From Felis catus (lineage: Eukaryota): a stretch of 64,000 bases of DNA. Positions within the stretch are counted from its first letter, which is position 1, and each line of letters opens with the position of its first letter. The stretch is taken from contig NC_058373.1 in the NCBI RefSeq assembly GCF_018350175.1, forward strand, positions 118,112,001-118,176,000. Direction: 5' to 3'. The translations under genes were made by a program, and so were the position numbers. Under the pieces are notes generated by a model. That model made no database searches, was not told the origin of the DNA, and saw only the letters and a list, made by a program, of their open reading frames with translations. This document shows, piece after piece, positions 36,301 through 45,600 of the stretch.

Positions 36301-39300
36301 CAAATTTCATAAAGAAAAAACCTTAACTCACGAAGTAGAAGCTGGTACTAAGGGACAAAGGAAGTTTTTTTGTTTTTGTTTTTTTGGCCGTGAAGGGGCT
36401 GGCTTTGCTTTGTCTTACTCCCTGATATTGTTCTATCCCTGCTCTAAGCAGGATACCAGATGTCCTTCACTGAGGATTTTCACCCATTCTTTGATTCTTA
36501 GCCACGTTTTCTTATAAACTACTGCTTATTTCCCTCTGTGGACAGTAACACCATTGAACTTCTAACTGGAGGACTGTGAAAGAGTAGTACAAGATGAAAC
36601 ACTCCTCCCCAGGGTATTCTAATTTACCACTCTTTGCCTGCCTAAGCTAATTAAATAGTAAGGAGTCCAGGTTGAAAGAAAATGTTTTTTTTTTTTTAAT
36701 ATTCATTGCTTTGGATAAATTTAGAGAATTATGGGGAGTATTTTTTTGAAATATTGGAAGTATCTTACGTGCATAGATTATTGTGCCATGAAAGAGTACT
36801 GTGAAACATACACTCTAGTTTTTAAAATGAAGGGGTAGTTACAGTCATTTTATTTTGAATTTCAGTGCCTTATTTTATTTTGAATTTCATTTTCAATTAG
36901 CTTTCTGGACAAATACATTTTTATCACTTGGCTTGTTTTTCCTTATGTGACCTTAAAAACCTGTCTAGTGAAATGCCAGTTGTTGGGAATGGGAATTGAT
37001 AGTCATAGGGTAGTTGATGTTTTAGAGTTTGTTCTTCCTCTTCCAGTGTTAATGGGAAGGGAAAAAATTACTAGACATATTTGTTTGTTATGGGTTGGGA
37101 GGAAAGAATCAAATCCTGCTGTATGGCAGGAATTATGGGTGAATTTTGTTGGTATGGTTTTTTCCTGGGTTTGGAGGAAAAAATCCTGCTAGTGAGACTT
37201 TGCTTATTCCATTGCCTGGGGGAATTGGAGGGTGAGGAGGTGGTAGGTGACAGGAGGGATTAAAGAGAGTGAGTGAAATCTTTTTTATTAAGTAATTTGA
37301 AATCAAGAAAATGTCACAGAAATCTTGCATTGCTTATAGTATAAACATACAGAGCATTGTTGTGCAGAGTAATGTTAACTCATTGCTTTTTTTTTTTTTT
37401 TAATCTTTGTGGATTTTTCCGCAGATTTTCCGTAGATTTCCAGTGGCCCCACTGATCCCTTATCCACTCATCACTAAGGTTCGTTTACATTGACAATGAC
37501 TGTTTACTGCTAATGGCCAGATTTGTGATTCTTGTTCATCTGACATCTCATTATTTAACTTAGATCACTAGATTTCTTACTATATAAGTTCTGTTTGTTT
37601 AGTTACTATCTGTTTGTAAGGTGTACAGAATATCTAACTTCTAGTTTTAATATATTTGTATTGATGTAGATTGATCTATAATGCGTTCTCTCCTATCCCC
37701 CCCTATCTTTTTTTAGGAGGATATAAATGCTATAGAAATGGAAGAAGACAAAAGAGATCTGATATCCCGAGAGATCAGCAAATTCAGAGACACACACAAG
37801 GTAGTATTCTTGTTTTTTCACTTGATACCAATCTAGACTTTTTACAGAATCCAAAGCAAACAGACAAAAAAAAAAAAAAAATCAACCTTACATTAGAATA
37901 TAATTTTAAATGCTTTTTATAGGTTAATTAATATCTAGATAGAGACAAAGAAACAGAAGACCATACCATTTTAAAGTGGTCCTTGACATATTGTGCTTAG
38001 TTGTTGCAGTTACTGACTACTCTACAGTCACCTCACTTGAGTATGAATAAAAGCTAATTTTACTTTTAGATTTTAACATAAACATCAAGATCAGATTTAA
38101 ACTAGATTCAGTGGGGCAGCAGGATAACCTACACTGTAGTGTATTGCTGGGGGCATTTATTTAACTTAATCGTAGGAAAACCTTTGCTTTAGGGCCGAGA
38201 TTGAAATTTAAGATTTATATTTGTGTAGATTTAAGTTGAGAGGGGGAGATTTTAAAAAGTAGGTCAGTGGTTACCAGACTTACCAAATTTTAGATGCATG
38301 GAAGAACTGTAAATTCCCATAAAGCTAATCTATTCATTGACCCCCACCATTATGATAGAGATCATATGGTGACTAATGCAAGATGAAACTCTCAGCTTGG
38401 AAAGTAACAAGGAATAGGATGTAAGTATGAGCTTCTGTTTTTTATTATATTTATGGATGCCCCCTCAGAAAAATATGCAAAGGGGTAACTGGCTTGGAAA
38501 TGGGTATTTGTGCATAGTAAATCCCACTCACGAGTTTTGCCTATTGAAAGCTTCTCTCAATGACAGTGCATCTGTGAGTGTTCGCTGGTGTTGAAGGTGA
38601 TGCTTATGGACGGTAAAATGCAAATATCGCATGAAATGTATTTTCATGTTAGAGATAATAAGATGTTACTGGTTATTACTCAAAATACTGAGTGATCTTT
38701 AACTCAGTGAAGTGTTAAGTGTTCATTTTTTCTTTTATACGATCTTCTTTTTTCTAACTGCTTTCCAAATCCCAAGTTGACAATTAATGCTATTGAATCA
38801 GTGCTGCTGAACACTTATTATCCAGATGCCCAGCCCTAGCTCACATACACAGTGCTTTTCCGGGAACTAAGTATCTAAAAGCACAAATAAAGTTTTCCCA
38901 AATTAATTTTGAGTTTAAATGGTAGTCTGTGGGAAGTCATTAGTTGGGATACTTTTGGGATACTGTGGGATACTTTTGGTTAGGTTCAATACGCAAATTC
39001 AGGGCCTGAGTAAGCTTGAAAATGGTATACGGTTGTGTGTGTGGTTTACCCCCTTGTTGTTATTTGTTAAACCCTGTCATGTCATTGGTAAAGTATGATG
39101 AAATTGTGTTTTTAACAAATTAATTCAAAAGATATTTGCTTCAGAGTTTGAGAAGCTGTCAGGCATTTGACTGCCTTAGACTTATCTCACTGTTGTTGGG
39201 GGGTGGGGGGGGTGGGGATGTTTTGAATTTCCAAAATGGATTTTAAAAAAAGATCAAAATGAAAACAAAATATAGTTCATTTTGTTGGGTGGTATGGTTA

Positions 39301-39563
39301 AAGGGGACATTTGAAACTCCAGTAACAAAAAATGAGCTCAGTGAACCTTTGCATGTTTTGGTATGAGTTTATTAAATAACCACGGACTGTCAGGGTATCA
39401 GCGTGGCAGGGGGCGTCCATTTACAGCACGGACGAGTCTGAAGAGAGACTAAGGTAAGATTTATGATTTTTTTTTCCTGTCCTTTCCTCTTCATTATTTC
39501 ATTACTTTCTTACATCCTTTTAGACTCACTTCCATATTCTCTTTCTCTAGTGTTTGTCTTAAA

Positions 39564-39606
<43 letters not shown>

Positions 39607-42600
39607 TACCTACTGCATATAGATTGTTTTAGAAGTGCATTTAGTATGGTCCAGATTCACTCACTTGTTCATTTACTTAGAACAAAACTTTTGAAATGAG
39701 TTCTGAAACAAATTATTATTTACATTAAGTGGAACTATACATCTAAAAAAGAAGTAGTGCAGTGAATAAGCAAAAGCAAAAACATTAAATCCTACAAAAG
39801 AGATTATTATTGGAACAGCTAAAATAGATCTGTAAGTATCTATTATCTCAGAAATAAACATTTCTTTATAAGTGTATGACACTGAGGTAAGTTTTGTGTA
39901 GTCTAGCCTCATTTTACAATACAAATTTTTATAGTCCATTAGAACTGTTTCAGACATTCTAATTTACCCCTTTAAATAGTTTTCAGTTTCTGTCCTCTTT
40001 CTACCATTTCTTTTCTCTTCTCTTTGTAACTTCAGTGTATTCAGTCTTGGCTTTGCCTACATTCTCCTTTGATATAGACTGGCACAGCAGCTGAATATAT
40101 TGATTTCTCATGCATTAGCTTCTCTTTCATAATCCTCTGTCAGTTCTCTGAACCATGAGCGAGAGAAAAAGAGTATGACAGGTAAGATTGCTTTTTAAAG
40201 TTGTTTTAAATGCTTTACATGACTGAGAAAAGACAAAAAAAAAATGCACATTTTATTGTTGCAGTTTAAATTTCTTTTCGGTGACACTAAACATGGAACC
40301 AAAGGGATAAATGTATTCTGTTTTCGTTTTGTTTTTCCTGTTTGGGTTTTTCTTTTTTTTCTTTTTTTCGGAGTTTGTGTAGAAACCGTGTGGTACACTG
40401 GTAATCTTGTCAGGGTACAAACTTGGTCTGACTCTGTTATTTGGTTTATTTGTGAACCATGTACTTGCTCTTCCTCCCAGAAACATAGCTTGTAGGCAAG
40501 GTTAATCCAGTGTTGGCGATCCATGTCCTAGCACAGCATCTGTAAGTTCATATGCAATCGTTCCTTCCAAGGATGGATTTATCACTGTTGATATATTTTT
40601 ATTGTCTTATAGGCATAATGGGCATAAATATGTTGCTTTTAAAATTAAGTGAAATGAGACTATTACAATTATGTACATTTTTGCTTGAAGTGAGTGTATT
40701 TTCAAACTTTTTGTATTTGGTGGGCTGTCCATCTTGTAATGGTGGGAGTAAATGTTTCCATTGAGATAATAGGGCAAATCTTGGCTGAATTCAGCTTATC
40801 TTTTGGAGGGTGGGCAAACCAGAGGGTAGAAGATTATTTGTATTACAGTGACCTGACTCTCCTCCCCCACCTCCCCTTTAAAACCTTCAAGTAGTAACCT
40901 TTTACGTAATGGGAAGTCTGGGGGTTATATTTAGTATCAGTAGTAAATCAGTAGTTGCACTGGTTTACAGAAATTCATAATGAGAGGAATTACATTTTAG
41001 CTAAGTGATTGTATTTCTAGATATTATTTTTAATCACCACATTCCTCATGGTCATTTTAGTTGTTACGTAATCATTGAGTGGCCAGCCACACTTGACGCA
41101 ATCTCCCAGCATCCAAGATTGGAGATTCCTGGTCTGTGTAGAGTATCTGGGTTTGCACGCAATCTATATAGTCTTGTGATTGCTTCAGTTTAATTTGCCA
41201 AGTAAAACCACAAGTACTTAATATTAAAGTACCAGTGGTTTGGTTATTTTTGTTCCCCATATTGGGCATTGCGCCGGGAAATATCTGAATACTGGAGCTA
41301 CAGAGTTAACTCTAAAAGTACTTTTATTGGTTTCTAGAAACTGGAAGAAGAGAAAGGCAAAAAGGAAAAAGAAAGACAGGAAATTGAGAAAGAACGGAGA
41401 GAAAGAGAGAGGGAGCGTGAAAGGGAACGAGAAAGGCGAGAACGGGAACGAGAAAGGGAAAGAGAACGTGAACGAGAAAAGGAGAAGGAACGGGAGCGGG
41501 AACGAGAACGGGATAGGGATCGTGACCGCACTAAAGAGAGAGATCGGGACCGAGACCGCGAGAGAGACCGGGACCGCGATCGGGAAAGGAGCTCGGATCG
41601 GAATAAGGACAGGAGTCGATCAAGGTAAGGTTTGGTGGAAGTTACTGTTTGCTGATTGCTTCAGTAGAACTGTACGTTGTTACTCTCCACACTGTTTATG
41701 TTTCTGTGAGGAGAGAATTTTCTTAGCCACAGAGCGTGCCTGGCTTACTGTCTCACGCACGTAAGCATTGGTTCAAGTAACGGTTTTCAACTTCAGAGTT
41801 AATTACTGTCTGAAGCCAGGATTTACACGGACCCAGAATGCAGCCACTCTCCACCCGGTGTTCTGGGAAGACATGAGTCCCTGTTGTCTCCCTGGGTCGG
41901 TGGGCATCTTTTCTATTTACCATTTCATTGAGGTCCCATGTCCTGGGAAATCAGCTCTAGGACCACTGCTTTTAGCCACTCATGTCTGTATGTGGTCCTG
42001 TAGCCTGCTGTATGGCCACAACTCCCCCCGCCCGGCCCAGCTCTCAATTTATTCTCTATTTAGGACTTCTAGTTAATTTCACTTTGTTTTATTATTTTTC
42101 TCCTTAATTTTGTTGAATTTGATGAATCATCTTAAATTATTTAGGAATGAGGTAAAGAAAAAATGAACAAAGGAAGCAAGTGGGGAAGGATGAAAAACTC
42201 ACCTTTTTTCCCCAAGCTGGTTTTCAGATAATACATTTCTGTGTTGTAGATTTTCACCTGATTGTAACCAAAAGGAGGTCCACTTTTAGTCCACCAGTTG
42301 CTGAAACTAGAAATCCAGTGTCCTTAATCTTTAGTGGGCATTAAAATCTTTTAACTTCCTCTGCTGGAATAATCATTATCCTCTTGAGTAACCGTTATTG
42401 AGAATTTGACATATATACAATAGCATACTTTTACTACAGATATGAATACATAAACTATTGTTTTATGTACTATGTACATACATATATTTGTATTTAATGA
42501 GATCCATGGCATCATACTACATATATTCTGCAATTTTTTTTTTTATCACTTTGACTTAAATATTGGAGGACACTTCATTGCTGGTAGATACAGTTATAAT

Positions 42601-45600
42601 TTATCCATGCAACATGCCAAAGTGCTCTTCTCTCCACATCTTTGCCAACATTTGTGTTCTTTGATCACTAGTGGGGTAGACTATCTTTTAACTTGTTTGT
42701 CAGTCCTTGGTATTTCTTATATGTGGGTTTGTCTGTTTTCTGAAATACTGATAAGCATTAACGCTGAATTTAGAATGCAGTTTAGAATTAGGGACTAGAA
42801 TTATATTGTGTCTTTCTGGTGAATGTAGAGGAGTTTACAATTCTGCAGAAATCAAATGCTAAATTCTGGCCTGTGATTTTGTGTATTTTGTAATATATGT
42901 TGTCCTCCTTTCCCTCGGTTTTAAAGGAAAACAGAGGGATTGACAGACTTTGTAAATCTTTTGTTTATATAGAGAAAAGAGCAGAGATCGTGAAAGGGAA
43001 CGGGAGCGGGAAAGAGAGAGAGAGAGAGAACGGGAACGAGAAAGAGAACGAGAGCGCGAGAGAGAGCGAGAAAGGGAACGGGAACGAGAGAGAGAGAAAG
43101 ACAAGAAGCGGGACCGAGAAGAGGATGAAGAGGATGCTTATGAACGAAGAAAACTTGAAAGAAAACTCCGCGAGAAAGAAGCTGCTTACCAAGAGGTAAA
43201 TTGAGGAAATGCTTTAAATTTTTCTTAATTAATTAAAAAATTTTTTAACGTTTATTTATTTTTGAGAGAGTGTGCGCGTGCGCAAGCGTGAACAGGAGAG
43301 GGACAGAGAGAGAGAGTAGTGGGGGACAGAGGGTTCAAAGCAAGCTTTTTGTTGACAGCAGAGAGTCTGATGTGGGGTTGAACTCCCAAACCTTGAAATG
43401 CTTTCAGTTTTAAAGCTTTGCTAGTCAGTAAGCTAGTCAAACATGTTGGGGCCCTTTGCTTACATTTGTGAAGCTTTGGCAATTTTTTTTTTTTTTAGCG
43501 CCTTAAGAATTGGGAAATCAGAGAACGGAAGAAAACCCGGGAGTATGAGAAGGAGGCCGAAAGAGAAGAAGAAAGAAGAAGAGAAATGGTAATTATTCTA
43601 GGTTGATAAGTGATTTTTCAAATAAAAAGCAGATCAAATTCTTTACCATTAACTAGAATTAGAAGTAACTTTATAATTAAAATGTATAAGCTCTCAGTAT
43701 AGATAACTTAATTTTTACATATTTCAAATAATCTTCAGACAATTCCAGACCACCAAAATCTTTCTTACTCTTATTTTTCACATTTTTGCTACCTATAAAC
43801 AAAATTACCTTTTGGCAATACCACTGAAGTGAATCTGTCATAGAGGAGGAATGTGTAAAATGATTAGTTATAGAACATTCTTTGATTAAGAATCTGCAAC
43901 ATTTTGAATTTGAAGAGGCATTGATACTGTTCTGTATTGGTGTAGTATATGTGGATGAAGGGAATCGTGCCATGAGAAGACCTGTTTTTTTCCCTCTTGA
44001 TGTTTTTATTTAAATTCCAGTTAACATACAGTGTAAAGAAAGACCTCTGTTTTTATAAATCAAAATTATTATCTTCAGTATATAGTATTTATGAATTACT
44101 TTTTTCCTTATGCTCTGTTTCTTTTAAATACATGATAATCATAAAAATGAACCTTACATTTTGCATTCACGCTCTTTGATAAACGATAATAGTAAAGCAG
44201 TTCGCGTAGGCCGTTACTAAGTAGAATGACAAAAGATTTTATATAGTATTTGTTTTAGTGGCATGTTCCATGTGTTCTGTCTTTGCCAGAATTTCATGAA
44301 GGTTTCATTATCTCCAGTTAGGAGATTATTCTTCCAAAAACGTCACAGAACTTAGGAATTTTCAAATAGCTTTTGAACATGAAACATAGAGGGAGTATTT
44401 GTAAGTAACCAAAAGAGGGTGCATGCAGCAACTAGATAGATAGTATGGGTTTTCTGTGTAGTAGATCCATAATGCCAGAGAATGAACATAATTTCAGTTC
44501 TCCTGAATTGGTGCTCCCATTCTGGAATTTCTTTCTCATCGCTAGGTTAGAAAATAGGAAGAGAATAACATAGTGAGAAACAGTTAAAATAAGAAATGTT
44601 TGCCACGAACAACATGGTGGAATAGATTTGAAGTGATTCTGCTTCTTAACAAGCAAATCTGAAAACTGTCTTTCTAGAGAAAAATTTCCTATTATTCTTT
44701 GAGAGCTTTAAAAAAGTCCAGTTACAAAAGCAGTTACGTGCTCATTATATAAACATAAGCGAGTAACAAGTATATGATGTAAAAAGTAAAAGTTTCTACT
44801 CCTCAAGACTGGTAACTTATGTTTGTATTTTTAGTATGTGCCTCATGCACCATCCTGTATTTTAATTAGGTATTTGTAAATTTTGTCGTTTCTACTTGAC
44901 AGCCTGTTTTCATTTATTTGACCCATTTTGTGTGTACATTATATCCCAGCCTTGGGCTTGTGCTGGGTACTGGGCACACAAGAGTAACTATTACTTCTAA
45001 CTTTAGGTAGGTAGTTACTGTAGTGTGTGTGTGAGTGTTTAAGGTATGGTAAATGTGTGTTTACAGTATTTAGGGAGTACAGAAAGAACGACTAATTCTG
45101 TCTGGGGGTAGGAATTTGTGACGGATAGATGGTTAGGTTAGGGAGGTTTTTACAGAGAGGTAACATTTGAACTGGATGAAATTATTAAAATTTTACTTTA
45201 GTCAAAATAATGAACTTTTATTTAGAAGCCTAGCATTATCTGCTTTGTATGTAGATACAAAAGTTGTTGATATAATAGATGAGAATATAAATTCTAAGTA
45301 AATATTTATTTACTTATATTGTATAGCTTTATGTAATTGTTACCTGTAAGTGCTATTAAATATAATTATATTTGAAATTCCAAAAATAAGAGAAAGTTCT
45401 ATACTTTAATGGTTTGTGCACTCAGAGTTAGATAGGTGTTACATTGATTGATTGATTGATTGATTGAGGGAAAGCGTGCACATGCACAAGTGGGGGAGTG
45501 ACGGGGGTGAGGTGGGGAGAACCTTATGCAGACTCCATGTCCAGCACATAGCCCAATGTGGGGCTTGATCTTATGAACCTTGAGATCATAACCTGAGCCA

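Noticed and set aside
41334..43192. Minus-strand ORFs encoding SR/SL-rich peptides (41334..41531, 42859..43104, 42965..43192) and alternative-frame plus-strand ORFs
   Set aside because: These are shadows of the purine-rich RE/RD exons. Low complexity suppresses stop codons, and there is no independent gene structure.
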